NCBI GenBank assembly: GCA_947258375.1
Contig: CAMYIJ010000015.1
Coordinates: forward strand, 1,817 to 65,816
Length of the DNA: 64,000 nt
From: an uncultured Acidimicrobiaceae bacterium
Lineage (GTDB): Bacteria; Actinomycetota; Acidimicrobiia; Spongiisociales; UBA5794
Reading direction: 5' to 3'
A program made the translations under genes and the position numbers. The notes under the pieces are model-generated. The model was given only the letters and a program-made list of their open reading frames with translations. It made no database searches and was not told where the DNA came from. Positions 20,109-30,242 of the stretch are shown piece after piece; position 1 is the stretch's first letter; the number at the start of each line of letters is the position of its first letter.

Positions 20109-20257
20109 GTTCCTGTAGCGACTGGGGTCCCGGACAACGGGACCCCAGTCGCGCCACTTCGCATAGATCTGGCAACGCAGAGCCTTCCCGCCGTCACCGC
20201 GTAGGCTGCAGCACTGTGAGGTTGTCGACGCCCGCGAAGGGAGCGATGAGCTGACGG

Positions 20258-21214
20258 ATGTTGCGCTACCTGATTCGAAGACTCATGATCGCGATTCCCG
20301 TGCTGTTCGGGATCCTCTTCATGTCCTTCATGTTCACCCGACTGCTCCCCGGCGATCCCCTCCTCATGATGATGAGTGTCGAGGAGTTCAGCGCCACAGA
20401 CGAATACATGGAGCAACGGCGGTCCGATCTCGGCCTTGACAAGCCGGTCCCCGTTCAATACGTGGTGTGGGTGGGCGAGGTGTTCCAGGGAAATCTGGGG
20501 ACCTCGTTTCATCGGCGGGCGCCGGTCACTGAGCTGATCTGGGATCGGCTCGGCCCGACCGCCCTGCTCACAGGTACCGGTATCCTGCTGGCGCTGATCA
20601 TCGGCATACCGATCGGCGTCATGGCCGCGGTTCGCCAGAACAGCTGGTTCGACTACTTCTCGGCAACCGGAAGCATGCTGGCGATTTCCATCCCCAACTT
20701 TTTCCTCGGGTTGATGGCGATCTTCATATTCTCGCTCCAGTTACGCTGGTTACCCACGGGCGGTCTGCGCACTCTCGGAATGGAGCCTTCACTCGGCGAT
20801 TCGCTCAAACACTTGATCATGCCGGCGGGGGTGCTCTCTGCCGTGCTCATCGGCCCTTACGTCCGGTATACCCGGCAAAGCATGTTGGATGTCCTGCGGC
20901 AGGATCACATCACCACGGCAACAGCCAAGGGTGTCCGCGGCCGGTCGATCGTTATCTTTCACGGCCTGCGCAACGCACTCATTCCGCTGACGACGGTCAT
21001 CGCCATCCAGATTCCGGCGCTCCTTGCCGGCACCGTGATCATCGAGACGATCTTCAGCTGGCCGGGTATGGGGCAGCTAGTCCTCGAGGCCATCCGGCGC
21101 CGTGACTACCCAATAATCATCGGAGTGGTGCTCTTCAGCGCGGTCCTTGTGATGATCTTCAATCTCATTGCCGACCTGCTGGCGGCCATTCTCGATCCGA
21201 GGATCCGGCTATGA
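20258..21214 (+). CDS. ABC transporter permease (DppB/OppB-like)
   Basis: Six-TM BPD_transp_1 permease layout. Confidence 0.85.
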   Translation: MLRYLIRRLMIAIPVLFGILFMSFMFTRLLPGDPLLMMMSVEEFSATDEYMEQRRSDLGLDKPVPVQYVVWVGEVFQGNLGTSFHRRAPVTELIWDRLGPTALLTGTGILLALIIGIPIGVMAAVRQNSWFDYFSATGSMLAISIPNFFLGLMAIFIFSLQLRWLPTGGLRTLGMEPSLGDSLKHLIMPAGVLSAVLIGPYVRYTRQSMLDVLRQDHITTATAKGVRGRSIVIFHGLRNALIPLTTVIAIQIPALLAGTVIIETIFSWPGMGQLVLEAIRRRDYPIIIGVVLFSAVLVMIFNLIADLLAAILDPRIRL

Positions 21215-22164
21215 CCGACGACCTGCGTCCGGATGAGCAAGCGACGGACCACGTGGATGGAGGCCCCGTCCCCGGTATCCCACCCGACCAGAGCGAATGG
21301 GATGATTCGCTTCCGATCCAGTCACCGTGGCGGATCGCCTGGCGGCGCTTCAAGAGACATCGGCTGGCGTTCGGCGGGCTCATATTCGTCATCATCCTCG
21401 TTGCCATCGCCATCCTGGCGCCGATCCTGGCACCGCAGGATCCCAACGTCGTCGATGTAAGCGCTTCGCGCAACCCGCCGAGCGCCGATCATCTCCTGGG
21501 AACCGACTCGGCCGGCCGCGACGTACTGAGCCGACTGATATTTGGATCACGCGTGTCCCTGACGGTTGGAGTGGCGGCGGCCCTCTCGGCGGCCGGCCTG
21601 GGCACCTTGCTCGGACTGCTTGCGGGAGTTGCGGGCGGTTGGATCGACGCCATCATCATGCGAGTGGTCGACGTCTTCCTCTCGTTCCCCTCCTTGATGC
21701 TGATTCTGCTGCTGGTGGCGGTCCTCGGGCCCAGCGTCGTGACGATAATCGTCGTCATCGCCTTTTTTGAGTGGCCGACCGCCTGTCGAATCGTGAGACA
21801 GATGGCCTTATCGATCAAGGAGCAGGACTTCGTGCTCGCGGCCCGTGCCACCGGATCCAGCCGGTGGCGGATCATGCGCAAACATGTGGCACCGGGCGTA
21901 CTCTCACCCCTCACGGTCGTGGCAACGCTCCTTAGTGCGGGGGCGATCCTCCTCGAAGCGGCGCTGTCCTTCCTGGGCCTGGGTGTCAAACAACCGCAGG
22001 CGAGCTGGGGCGGGATGCTCGAGGAGGCACAGTCACTCACCATCCTCAAGGAAATGCCGTGGCTCTGGATTCCACCGGGTGCGATCATCGCCCTGACCGT
22101 CCTCGCCATCAACTTCATCGGCGACGGCCTCCGTGACGCCCTCGACCCCCGACAGCAGATGTAG
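21211..22164 (+). CDS. ABC transporter permease (DppC/OppC-like)
   Basis: N-terminal OppC_N-like region plus a permease core. 4-nt overlap with the upstream gene. Confidence 0.85.
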   Translation: MTDDLRPDEQATDHVDGGPVPGIPPDQSEWDDSLPIQSPWRIAWRRFKRHRLAFGGLIFVIILVAIAILAPILAPQDPNVVDVSASRNPPSADHLLGTDSAGRDVLSRLIFGSRVSLTVGVAAALSAAGLGTLLGLLAGVAGGWIDAIIMRVVDVFLSFPSLMLILLLVAVLGPSVVTIIVVIAFFEWPTACRIVRQMALSIKEQDFVLAARATGSSRWRIMRKHVAPGVLSPLTVVATLLSAGAILLEAALSFLGLGVKQPQASWGGMLEEAQSLTILKEMPWLWIPPGAIIALTVLAINFIGDGLRDALDPRQQM

Positions 22165-22178
22165 GAGGGAGGGACATC

Positions 22179-23252
22179 ATGGACTCACAGACAACTCCAA
22201 CCGGAGAACCACTGCTGTCGGTTCGCAATCTGAGCACTACGTTTTCGACCGAGACCGGTCTCGTCCAGGCGGTGCGTAACGTCAGCTGGGAGCTGTATCC
22301 CGGCGAGATTCTCGGGGTCGTAGGCGAGTCCGGCTCGGGCAAGAGCGTCACGATGGCCTCGATCATGGGTGTCGTGCCCAAGCCCGCCGGAAAGGTCAGC
22401 GGGGACTCCGTGATGTTCGAAGGGCGGGACCTGCTCAAATTGCCGCCGCGGGAGATGCGCAAGATACGCGGGCGGGAGATCACCATGATCTTCCAGGATC
22501 CGATGACTGCCTTCAATCCGGTCAAGACGATCGGTCATCAGATCGCCGAGGCCATCCGGGTGCATGACCGGCGGGTGAGCCGGAAGGCGGCCCGGGCCCG
22601 ATCCATCGAACTGTTGGCGAGTGTCGGAGTCCCCAGCCCTGAAGCCCGCTACTCGCAGTTTCCACATGAATACTCCGGCGGCATGCGCCAGCGGGCCATG
22701 ATTGCCATGGCAATCGCCAATGGGCCCAAACTGATCATCGCTGATGAGCCGACCACAGCGCTGGACGTCACGATCCAGGCGCAGGTGTTGGATGTGCTCA
22801 AGCTGATCCAAGCCGAAACCGGTGCGGCGACCATCCTCATCACCCACGACCTCGGATTGATCTCGGAGATGTCCGATCGAGTTCTGGTTATGTATGCCGG
22901 CAAGGTCGTCGAATCCTCCGACGTGTTCTCAGTGTTCGGCAATCCCCAACATCCCTACACGCTCGGCCTGCTGGCAAGCCTGCCGCGCATCGACACCAGG
23001 CTCGATTCGCTTCTTTCGATCCCGGGCCAGCCGCCGTCGTTGACCTCCCCACCGCCCGGCTGTGCGTTCCATCCCCGCTGCGAGCTGTCACGCGGACGAT
23101 CAGAGTGCTGGACGGCCGAACCGCCGCTCGTGCAAATCGCCGGCCCCACCGACCACACGACGGCCTGTCACTTCTTCACAGAAATGGACACCGAGGCCGG
23201 CCGCGTATCCGCCATGCTCGGTGTCGATGTCCGGTCAAAGGCGGAATCGTGA
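22179..23252 (+). CDS. ABC transporter ATP-binding protein (DppD/OppD-like)
   Basis: Walker A (GESGSGKS), signature LSGGMRQR, and an oligopeptide C-terminal domain. Confidence 0.9.
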   Translation: MDSQTTPTGEPLLSVRNLSTTFSTETGLVQAVRNVSWELYPGEILGVVGESGSGKSVTMASIMGVVPKPAGKVSGDSVMFEGRDLLKLPPREMRKIRGREITMIFQDPMTAFNPVKTIGHQIAEAIRVHDRRVSRKAARARSIELLASVGVPSPEARYSQFPHEYSGGMRQRAMIAMAIANGPKLIIADEPTTALDVTIQAQVLDVLKLIQAETGAATILITHDLGLISEMSDRVLVMYAGKVVESSDVFSVFGNPQHPYTLGLLASLPRIDTRLDSLLSIPGQPPSLTSPPPGCAFHPRCELSRGRSECWTAEPPLVQIAGPTDHTTACHFFTEMDTEAGRVSAMLGVDVRSKAES

Positions 23253-24298
23253 CGGCAGCACCTCGGTCCCTTTCGGAGGACATCCACACCCGGCCATCGC
23301 TTGGGGAAGAGCTGCTACGGGTGGAGGGCCTCAAGGTCCACTTCCCGGTGCGCTCGACAATCCTGCGCCGGCAACTCGGCGTGGTGAAGGCGGTTGACGG
23401 GATCGATCTGACGCTGGCTGCGGGCGAAACGATCGGTCTTGTCGGTGAGTCGGGTTGCGGCAAGACCACCGCCGGTCAGGCGATCCTGCGCCTGATCGAA
23501 CCCACAGCCGGCCGAGTTGTCTTCCGAGGCAGCGACATAACCAGCCTCAGCGGCCGCGCCATCCGTCCACTGCGTCGCGAGATGCAGATCGTGCTGCAGG
23601 ACCCGTTCTCGTCACTCGATCCCCGCATGACCGTCCGTTCGATCATCGCCGAGCCGCTCCTCGTCCACGGCCTGGGGGGCAACAGCCGGGGGCGGCGCCG
23701 CCGCGTCGATGAGCTTCTCGAGCTGGTCGGACTGCGCAGCGAGCTTGGGAGCCGCTTCCCTCATGAGTTCTCCGGAGGCCAGCGCCAGCGGATCGGGATC
23801 GCGCGAGCATTGGCGCTCAATCCGCAGTTGCTGATCCTCGATGAGCCGATCTCGGCTCTCGATGTGTCGATCCAGGCTCAGATCATCAATCTGTTGGAGG
23901 GTCTCCAGGCTGAGCTGTCTCTGGCTTACCTGCTGATCGCCCATGATCTGGCGGTCGTGAAGCACATCTGCGACCGGGTCGCGGTGATGTACCTCGGAAA
24001 GATCGTGGAAGCCGGCACCAGAGACGAGATCTACGAGACGCCCACCCACCCCTACACCCAGGCGCTGCTCTCGGCCGTCCCAATCCCTGACCCGTCCAAG
24101 CGGGGCGACAAACAACGGATCTTGCTCGAAGGCGACGTCCCGAGCCCACAGGACCCGCCTTCGGGCTGCCGCTTTCGAACCCGATGCTGGAAGGCACAGC
24201 CCGAGTGCTCCACCGAGGTGCCTGAACTTGCCGACCGCGGCGAGCACGGGCACCTGAACGCCTGTCTCTTCCCGGAAATGGTCGAGCGGTCGAGCTGA
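23249..24298 (+). CDS. ABC transporter ATP-binding protein (DppF/OppF-like)
   Basis: GESGCGKTT Walker A and [11 protein letters not shown] start overlaps the upstream stop (GTGA); the start is uncertain. Confidence 0.85.
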   Translation: MTAAPRSLSEDIHTRPSLGEELLRVEGLKVHFPVRSTILRRQLGVVKAVDGIDLTLAAGETIGLVGESGCGKTTAGQAILRLIEPTAGRVVFRGSDITSLSGRAIRPLRREMQIVLQDPFSSLDPRMTVRSIIAEPLLVHGLGGNSRGRRRRVDELLELVGLRSELGSRFPHEFSGGQRQRIGIARALALNPQLLILDEPISALDVSIQAQIINLLEGLQAELSLAYLLIAHDLAVVKHICDRVAVMYLGKIVEAGTRDEIYETPTHPYTQALLSAVPIPDPSKRGDKQRILLEGDVPSPQDPPSGCRFRTRCWKAQPECSTEVPELADRGEHGHLNACLFPEMVERSS

Positions 24299-25371
24299 TG
24301 CGAGTCCTCACGGCTCACGGTTTCGGCGAGATGAGGATGGACGAAGCCCCCGAGCCTTCGATCGGACCGGGACAAGTGCTGGTGGGAACCAGGGTGACTG
24401 CCGTCAGCGGCGGCACCGAGCGGTACATGTTGTACGGCCGTCCGGGCGACATCAGGGACCACGGGCCTCCTTTCCCCGCCGTCGGTGCGTTCGGGTACCT
24501 CGCCGCGGGGGACGTGATCGCAGTCGGCGCCGACGTCGACCATGTGGCCCCGGGCGATCGTGTTAGCTGCGGGCGAGAATGGGGAGCCCATCGTGAGCTG
24601 CTCGACACCGACGCCGCCTCGGTCATTCCGATTCCCGCAGCCATGAGCTATCTCGAAGCGGCCGCCTCGTACTGGGCCGTACCACCCCTGGCGGGGATCC
24701 TCGCTGCCGCCCCCCGCTTCTATGCCGACACGGCCGTGATCGGCCTGGGTCCGCTGGGACTCTGTGGCGTCCAGATCCTGACCCGGTTGTCGCGCCGAGT
24801 ACTGGCCATCGACATAGTGGCGAGCCGCGTCGCCTTCGCCGATCGCTACGGCGCGATCGGGATTGACGGCTCTACCGTCGACGCGGCCAAAGCAAGTCGC
24901 GATGCTGTCCCGGACGGACCCGAGGTCGTGATAGAAGCCTCGGGGACCCAGGCCGGCCTCGAGCTCGCCTTCGATATCGTTCGTCCGCGGGGACGGGTCG
25001 CCCTCGTCGGCCATCCCCCACCCCTGCAAGGCTTCGACCTGTTCTGGCCGATGCAGATCAAGGGGATCAAGCTGGTGCCGCTTCATCGAGAAACGGCAGC
25101 CTCACCGCAGGGAGGTGGCGCCGGCAGCCCACGGGCGACCTACCTGCCAGATGTGATCGAGATGATCAGCCGTGGAATCCTCGACATCGCCGGCATGACG
25201 ACCTGGGTGGTGCCGGTCGAGCGGGGCCCGGCGGCGATGGACTTGCTCCACTATCACCCTGAAGATGTTCTCGGCATCGGCTTCGCGTGGGACCCGGATC
25301 AGGTTCGGGATCTCGACCGGTACGACGCGCTCGCCGCCGAGTTCCCGACGGAAGGCGCGCAGAGCGCCTGA
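24298..25371 (+). CDS. MDR-superfamily oxidoreductase (zinc-independent alcohol/polyol dehydrogenase-like)
   Basis: GroES-like N-domain plus a Rossmann domain (VIGLGPLGL). No clear Zn-ligand cysteines. Co-transcribed with the transporter. Confidence 0.6.
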   Translation: MRVLTAHGFGEMRMDEAPEPSIGPGQVLVGTRVTAVSGGTERYMLYGRPGDIRDHGPPFPAVGAFGYLAAGDVIAVGADVDHVAPGDRVSCGREWGAHRELLDTDAASVIPIPAAMSYLEAAASYWAVPPLAGILAAAPRFYADTAVIGLGPLGLCGVQILTRLSRRVLAIDIVASRVAFADRYGAIGIDGSTVDAAKASRDAVPDGPEVVIEASGTQAGLELAFDIVRPRGRVALVGHPPPLQGFDLFWPMQIKGIKLVPLHRETAASPQGGGAGSPRATYLPDVIEMISRGILDIAGMTTWVVPVERGPAAMDLLHYHPEDVLGIGFAWDPDQVRDLDRYDALAAEFPTEGAQSA

Positions 25372-25374
25372 GGT

Positions 25375-26448
25375 CTACGGCGTGTCGTAGACGATGATCG
25401 AGCGCCCGTCGATCTCCCCATCCTTGAGTGCCCGCACCGCTTCGTTGATCTGGTCGAGGTTGTCGTATCGACGCGACACCATCTTCTCCAACGGCAGCTT
25501 GCCCTCCTTGAACCATTCGACGTATCGCGGCATAACATGACCCGGACGCGTCGATCCGCCCATTGACCCGAGGATCGTCCGCTCGCCGTATGGAAGAAGG
25601 CGCGGCCGCGGGAGCGCCAGATCGGCGTAGCCGATTCCTACGATCACGGCCGTGCCGCCGCGCGACACCCCGAGTACGCCCGCCCGCACACTCTCGACTG
25701 CCGGCAAGGTGGCCGCCTCGAGGCCGATTGTGTCGAACGCAAAGTCCACACCGCCGTCGGTCAGTTCCTTGATCGCCGCGGGAGCGTCCACGTCCGAGGC
25801 ATTCACCGTGTGGGTCGCCCCCAGCTCCCGCGCGTAGTCGAGCTTCCTGTCTTGGAGATCGACGGCGATGATTGGACTCGCCTCGACGATCTTGGCCCCG
25901 GCCAGCACGTTCGTACCGACGCCCCCCACCCCGAACACCGCCACCGATTGGCCGGCCTGGACATTCGCCGTGTACAGGGCAGCACCCACCCCTGTGATAA
26001 CCGCACATCCGATGATGGCGGTCACATCAGTCGCTACATCGTTGGGGAGCGGCACCACCATCTGCTCGTTCAGCAGGGCATGCTCCGCCCACGTGTAGAC
26101 GTCGTCGGCCTCGTACTCCTCATCCCGCCAGCGGAACTTGGTCCGCGCCGCCGCGATCTGTCCCTCCGGGAGATCGCGCGGCACGAACTGGATCATCACC
26201 CGATCGCCCGCACGGACGTGTTCAACCTTTGAGCCTGCCTCCAGGACAACACCCGTGGCCTCATGGCCTAGGAGCACGGGCATCGGTGCCCGCAGATTGA
26301 AGATCTGGTGAAGCTGGGAGTGGCAAACGCCCGTTGCGAAGAGCTTGACCAGGACCTCCTCGTCGCTCGGGTCCTCCAACTCGATTTCCTCAACCAGCAG
26401 CGGCGCCCCGTGCTCTGCCTTGATCGCCGCTCGCGTCTTGATCGGCAT
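25375..26448 (-). CDS. zinc-dependent alcohol dehydrogenase (class III-like)
   Basis: GVCHSQLH, GHEATGVV and GVGGVG motifs. Start placed at MPIKTRAAI. Confidence 0.8.
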   Translation of the reverse strand: MPIKTRAAIKAEHGAPLLVEEIELEDPSDEEVLVKLFATGVCHSQLHQIFNLRAPMPVLLGHEATGVVLEAGSKVEHVRAGDRVMIQFVPRDLPEGQIAAARTKFRWRDEEYEADDVYTWAEHALLNEQMVVPLPNDVATDVTAIIGCAVITGVGAALYTANVQAGQSVAVFGVGGVGTNVLAGAKIVEASPIIAVDLQDRKLDYARELGATHTVNASDVDAPAAIKELTDGGVDFAFDTIGLEAATLPAVESVRAGVLGVSRGGTAVIVGIGYADLALPRPRLLPYGERTILGSMGGSTRPGHVMPRYVEWFKEGKLPLEKMVSRRYDNLDQINEAVRALKDGEIDGRSIIVYDTP

Positions 26449-26599
26449 CCCCGCGCGCCTTCCGGCTCGGTGACTATCCACCAAATATAGACCGCCCGCT
26501 CCACAGCGGACCTTCTGGGAAGTCACCCTATTGCCGGGTACTTACCGATCGCCTCACCCACCCAGGTCGGAGACCCGGCGACGGGCCCGGTCGAGGCGC

Positions 26600-26856
26600 G
26601 AAGGGTCCGGTGGAGTCTGACACCCGGAGGGGAGAGACCGGCCCGCAGGGCCAGAGGGGGCGCCACCTGACCGTGATCCCCGTCCGAAGCTCCCTGCTCC
26701 CACCTGGTGCCCGCACCCTGGTACCGGGAGTCAGCTCAGGCGATGCGCCCCCCTACCCGCCTTCGGCGGGGCCCTTCACCCCCCTCCGGGGGGACACATC
26801 GCAGACCCCGAGTTTGGCGCCAGCCAAACTCGCAAGGAACGCCGTAGGCGTTCCCG
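26600..26856. repeat. partial, inverted copy of the element next to tRNA-Ala
   Basis: Right-TIR-like CCCGGAGGGGAGAGACCGG at ~26625-26643, plus the 35-nt module CAGCCAAACTCGCAAGGAACGCCGTAGGCGTTCCC abutting the tRNA. Confidence 0.45.
26836..26854 (-). terminator. perfect hairpin GGAACGCC-uacg-GGCGUUCC immediately 3' of tRNA-Ala
   Basis: 8-bp GC-rich stem with a 4-nt loop directly downstream of the tRNA 3' end. The same 32-nt module recurs inverted at ~34386..34420. Confidence 0.4.
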
Positions 26857-26930
26857 TGGAGCTGAGGGGATTTGAACCCCTGACCCCCTGCATGCCATGC
26901 AGGTGCTCTGCCAGGCTGAGCTACAGCCCC
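26857..26930 (-). tRNA. tRNA-Ala (anticodon GGC)
   Basis: Reverse complement reads GGGGCUGUAGCUCAGCCUGGCAGAGCACCUGCAUGGCAUGCAGGGGGUCAGGGGUUCAAAUCCCCUCAGCUCCA. It has a G3:U70 identity pair, a 5-bp anticodon stem (CCUGC/GCAGG) with loop AUGGCAU, and TPsiC UUCAAAU. CCA is not encoded. Confidence 0.85.
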
Positions 26931-26986
26931 CTAAGGGACCGGCATTGTATCAGCCGCTCGGAGGCTTGCGGCTGCCGAGCAGGCTC

Positions 26987-27340
26987 CTACGCCTCCGCCG
27001 TCGCCGGCTCGTATTCGATCCGGGGGGCGTCGGCCCAAAGGAGCTCGAGCGAGTAGTAGTCGCGGGTCTCCCGATCGAAGGCATGTACGACAACGTCACC
27101 CAGGTCCAGCAGGACCCACTTGCCGTGCTCGACACCTTCCCGGCGCAGCGGACGCCGGTCCATGGTCTCTTTGAGCACCCGTTCTACTTCGGCTACCAGG
27201 GTCTTGACCTGACGCGACGAAGCGCCGGTCGCAATCACAAAGATGTCGGTGACGACGAGCAGATCCGAAACATCCAGGAGGACAACATCAAAACCCTTCT
27301 TCTCGCTGATTGCGGCCGCGGCGGCTAGCGCTGCGTTCTT
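26987..27340 (-). CDS. rsfS: ribosomal silencing factor RsfS (iojap)
   Basis: ...LAAAAAISEKKGFDVVLLDVSDLLVVTDIFVIATGASSRQVKTLVAEVERVLKE...HGKWVLLDLGDVVVHAF. The upstream in-frame sequence has no ATG/GTG/TTG before it runs into the LCP gene, so the 5' end is approximate. Confidence 0.7.
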   Translation of the reverse strand, partial: KNAALAAAAAISEKKGFDVVLLDVSDLLVVTDIFVIATGASSRQVKTLVAEVERVLKETMDRRPLRREGVEHGKWVLLDLGDVVVHAFDRETRDYYSLELLWADAPRIEYEPATAEA

Positions 27341-27363
27341 GGCGTCGAGGCTTGCGGGAATGG

Positions 27364-28521
27364 TCAGCTCCGGAGAGTTGCGATGTCTTGACCGACAATA
27401 ATAGATAGATCCACGACGCCAGAGGGCGCGGCGACCTCCAATTGCACCATCCGGACCCCGAGAATGCCTGCCGCGGCCTCCGCCGCGTCGAGGTTGGCCC
27501 GGCCCTGCGAGATCACAACGGTCTCCTCGAACTCGAAGTTCTCGGCGTTGTCGGTCTTGATGACGTGGAAACCGGCGGCCACCACTGCTTCCACGACCGC
27601 TCGCGTGGCCAGGATCTCGCCGTTGCCGTTGAGGACCTCGACTCGGGGACGCTCTGCGGTCGCAAGTGACAGGTGCGCCAACCTGTCTGCCACAAACGAT
27701 GCCACATCGGCCTGCACAAGCTGGAAACCGTCATCGCCCCCGGCTACCGCCACCGGCTCCACCGGAATGAAGGAGACCTCGGGGTCGGCGACCGCCACCC
27801 TCGCCAAAGCGGCGGCCGACTGTGGGTCGGCGAGCACTTGGCCGGCCAGGGTCGAGTCGGCCGCCATTGCGTCCAGCAACGAGCGCCATACGGCTGCCTG
27901 CCGCTCGAGCCAACTCACCGGACTCGATTCGAACTGCAGCGTCAGCAGGTCCTCGACCGTGCCCGGCTGGTAGTTGCGCGCTCCTTGTTCGGCGACCTGG
28001 ACACTCGTCTCATCGCCCTGCTCAATCACCGGCTCGCCGAGCTCGATGTCGAGCAGGAGCGGCAAGCTGGTCAGGTGCATCGAAGGCACCACTGCCACCC
28101 GGTCGATCCTCACGCCGAAAGCGTTCGCCACCGCAATCTGCGCCAGCTCCGGCCCTTCGAAACCCGCGGCATCGCCCAGGGGGAAGTAGCCATAGCCGGG
28201 GAGGAGCTCAAACAGCAGCGTTGGGATCAGGGTCACGGTCGACGGGTGATCATCCACTGCGGCCGCCAGGACAATTGCGCCGGTTCGTCCGTCTCGATCC
28301 ATCACGAGAACGAGTAGCGATTCGCTGCCGGTCGCCTCCTGCTGCTGCTGAACGGCCGCCAGACTCGGGATCTCGGCAACTTCGTCTTGGAGCGGCGAGG
28401 TCCAGTCGTCCCAATTGGCTACAAGGAACAAGACGGCCACGAGTGTCAGCAGCAACACCACAGTTGCCACAACGTCGGACACGGCCGAGGTTGCTCGCGG
28501 AACGTCAGGCCGATTCGACAC
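27364..28521 (-). CDS. LytR-CpsA-Psr (LCP) family cell-envelope protein
   Basis: N-terminal TM helix, an LCP catalytic region, and a C-terminal LytR_C-like domain. GTG start. Confidence 0.8.
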   Translation of the reverse strand: MSNRPDVPRATSAVSDVVATVVLLLTLVAVLFLVANWDDWTSPLQDEVAEIPSLAAVQQQQEATGSESLLVLVMDRDGRTGAIVLAAAVDDHPSTVTLIPTLLFELLPGYGYFPLGDAAGFEGPELAQIAVANAFGVRIDRVAVVPSMHLTSLPLLLDIELGEPVIEQGDETSVQVAEQGARNYQPGTVEDLLTLQFESSPVSWLERQAAVWRSLLDAMAADSTLAGQVLADPQSAAALARVAVADPEVSFIPVEPVAVAGGDDGFQLVQADVASFVADRLAHLSLATAERPRVEVLNGNGEILATRAVVEAVVAAGFHVIKTDNAENFEFEETVVISQGRANLDAAEAAAGILGVRMVQLEVAAPSGVVDLSIIVGQDIATLRS

Positions 28522-29089
28522 GATGCAGCCCGACGGCCTCGGCGTATGCCCGCACTGACTCCGGCATCAGAAACCGAACCGACCGGGCCGACTGCAGCCG
28601 CTCTCGAATCACCGTGCCGCTGATGTCCAGCTCGGGGCCGACGAGCCAGACGAACCCGTCATGGCCGAGCGTCTCCGCCACCTGCTCGCGGGTCGACCCG
28701 GGCCGCGGCATCACGGCGATCGTGGCGCGCGCGGTCACCTCCTCGTGACGCTGCCAGGTGGACAGGCGGGAGGCGGCATCGGCGCCGAGAATCAAGACGA
28801 GTTCCTCATGTACCGGAAAGGTACTCAGCGTGTCGGCGGTGTAGGTCCACCCGTCGCGCTCGACCTCACGAGCATCAGCCTCGAAGTACGGCACACCCGC
28901 CACGGCGAGCCGGGTCATCTCGAGCCGCCGCATTGGATCGCTGACCGATAGATCGTTCTTCTGCCAAGGAGAGCCGGCGGGCATAAACGTGACGACGTCG
29001 AGATCGAGCTGCCAGTAGGCAACTTCGCCCATGAACAGGTGACCGTAGTGAGGGGGATCGAACGTCCCGCCGAGGATGCCGCGTCGCAC
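28505..29089 (-). CDS. nadD: nicotinate-nucleotide adenylyltransferase
   Basis: GILGGTFDPPHYGHL (the HxGH motif region), ...ISGTVIRE.... GTG start inferred; the ORF track extends to 29284. Confidence 0.8.
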   Translation of the reverse strand: MRRGILGGTFDPPHYGHLFMGEVAYWQLDLDVVTFMPAGSPWQKNDLSVSDPMRRLEMTRLAVAGVPYFEADAREVERDGWTYTADTLSTFPVHEELVLILGADAASRLSTWQRHEEVTARATIAVMPRPGSTREQVAETLGHDGFVWLVGPELDISGTVIRERLQSARSVRFLMPESVRAYAEAVGLHRVESA

Positions 29090-29585
29090 GGCCGTGAGGA
29101 TAGGCTGACGAAAGGCGTAGTGCCGCAGCCGACGACCAGACACAATGCAGCCATCGCCGGGGGTCCTGGTATTGGCCGTCGAGCCGGACCGAGAAGTGGA
29201 GTGCCGCCAACCCGTGGTGCTCGCCGCTGCTGCCAACGGCAGCGCCTGCGGCCAGGCGGGCACCTTCTGATACGGCAATCTCACTCAAATAGGAGTACGA
29301 GGTCTTGAGGCCTCCGCCGTGGTCAACGCTCACCGACAGCATGCCGGCCACCGAGCCGGCAAACGTCACTATCCCGGCGTCCGCAGCGGAAGCGACTGTT
29401 CCGGCGGGCACTCCGTAGTCGACCCCCCAGTGCCCGCCGTAGGAACCCACCGGTGCGAAACCGCGCACGATCGGGCCGACGACGGGAGCCGATAGCGCGG
29501 CGCACGTGGTCGGCGCAGGTCGCGGTGCGGTGGCTGGTGGCGCGATCACAGCGGCCATGAGGGTGAGGACGGCAACGAACTGCAC
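28875..29585 (-). CDS. M23-family metallopeptidase (LytM-like), secreted
   Basis: Signal peptide MQFVAVLTLMAAVIAPPATA, then GGHWGVDYGVPAGT...VDHGGGLKTSYSYL...GEHHGLAALHFSV (HxxxD / HxH motifs). The ORF continues ~260 nt past the domain as an Arg-rich tail, out of frame over the nadD 5' region. Confidence 0.65.
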   Translation of the reverse strand: MQFVAVLTLMAAVIAPPATAPRPAPTTCAALSAPVVGPIVRGFAPVGSYGGHWGVDYGVPAGTVASAADAGIVTFAGSVAGMLSVSVDHGGGLKTSYSYLSEIAVSEGARLAAGAAVGSSGEHHGLAALHFSVRLDGQYQDPRRWLHCVWSSAAALRLSSAYPHGRATRHPRRDVRSPSLRSPVHGRSCLLAARSRRRHVYARRLSLAEERSIGQRSNAAARDDPARRGGCAVLRG

Positions 29586-29686
29586 TAGTCCCTTCCTGCC
29601 ACCGCAGGATCAACGTATACGAGCCGGCGCGGCCGCACAATGGGTTCGTCGGAGCGGATTCTGACGGGTCTCGACCCGACGAATGA

Positions 29687-30085
29687 TCAGGAAGCGGCGG
29701 TAGCTGATTCCGACTGCTGGGGCTCGAGTAGCTGCTGGACGATCACGCGCAAGTCGTTCGGGCGGAACGGCTTGGAGAGGAAGGCGTCCGCACCGCCGGC
29801 GTTGGCCCGGGCCTTGGTCTCATCCTGGGCATGGGCGGTGAGGATCAATACCCTGAGATTTGCCGTCTTCTCGTCGGCACGAAGGCGACCGAGCACCTCC
29901 CAGCCGTCGAGGCCGGGGAGGCCTACGTCCAGGATGATCAGGTCGGGAAGCAGTTCGCGAGCGGCGGCGACGCCGGAGTGGCCGTCACCACGCGGTTCGA
30001 TCTCGAAGCCGGCCGGCCGAAGACACACTTCGATCAGGCGCTGGATTACTTCGGAATCTTCGACTACGAGAATTCGCTTGGCCAT
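29687..30085 (-). CDS. single-domain response regulator (CheY-like receiver)
   Basis: MAKRILVVEDSEV...ILDVGLPGLDGWEV...LTAH. GGAGG lies 5-6 nt upstream of the ATG. Confidence 0.75.
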   Translation of the reverse strand: MAKRILVVEDSEVIQRLIEVCLRPAGFEIEPRGDGHSGVAAARELLPDLIILDVGLPGLDGWEVLGRLRADEKTANLRVLILTAHAQDETKARANAGGADAFLSKPFRPNDLRVIVQQLLEPQQSESATAAS

Positions 30086-30242
30086 CTGGCCTCCACTTGT
30101 ATCCGACATGTTCGTTCAATTGCCCCTCTTGGTGGCAGCTCCACCACACAGGGTTGCTATCGGTGTCATGGCGCTATTCCTTGAGGATTCGGGCAGTTCT
30201 TGCAGTGTCACCCCCGGTTTTGAGCTAATCCGCCCAACGGAG

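Noticed and set aside
26527-26930. Possible tmRNA or other structured RNA adjoining the tRNA-Ala-like sequence
   Set aside because: The tRNA is a complete canonical tRNA-Ala(GGC) with anticodon arm, not a tRNA-like domain. No tag-peptide reading frame or pseudoknot pattern was recognised. The adjacent conserved sequence is explained by the repeat-element module.
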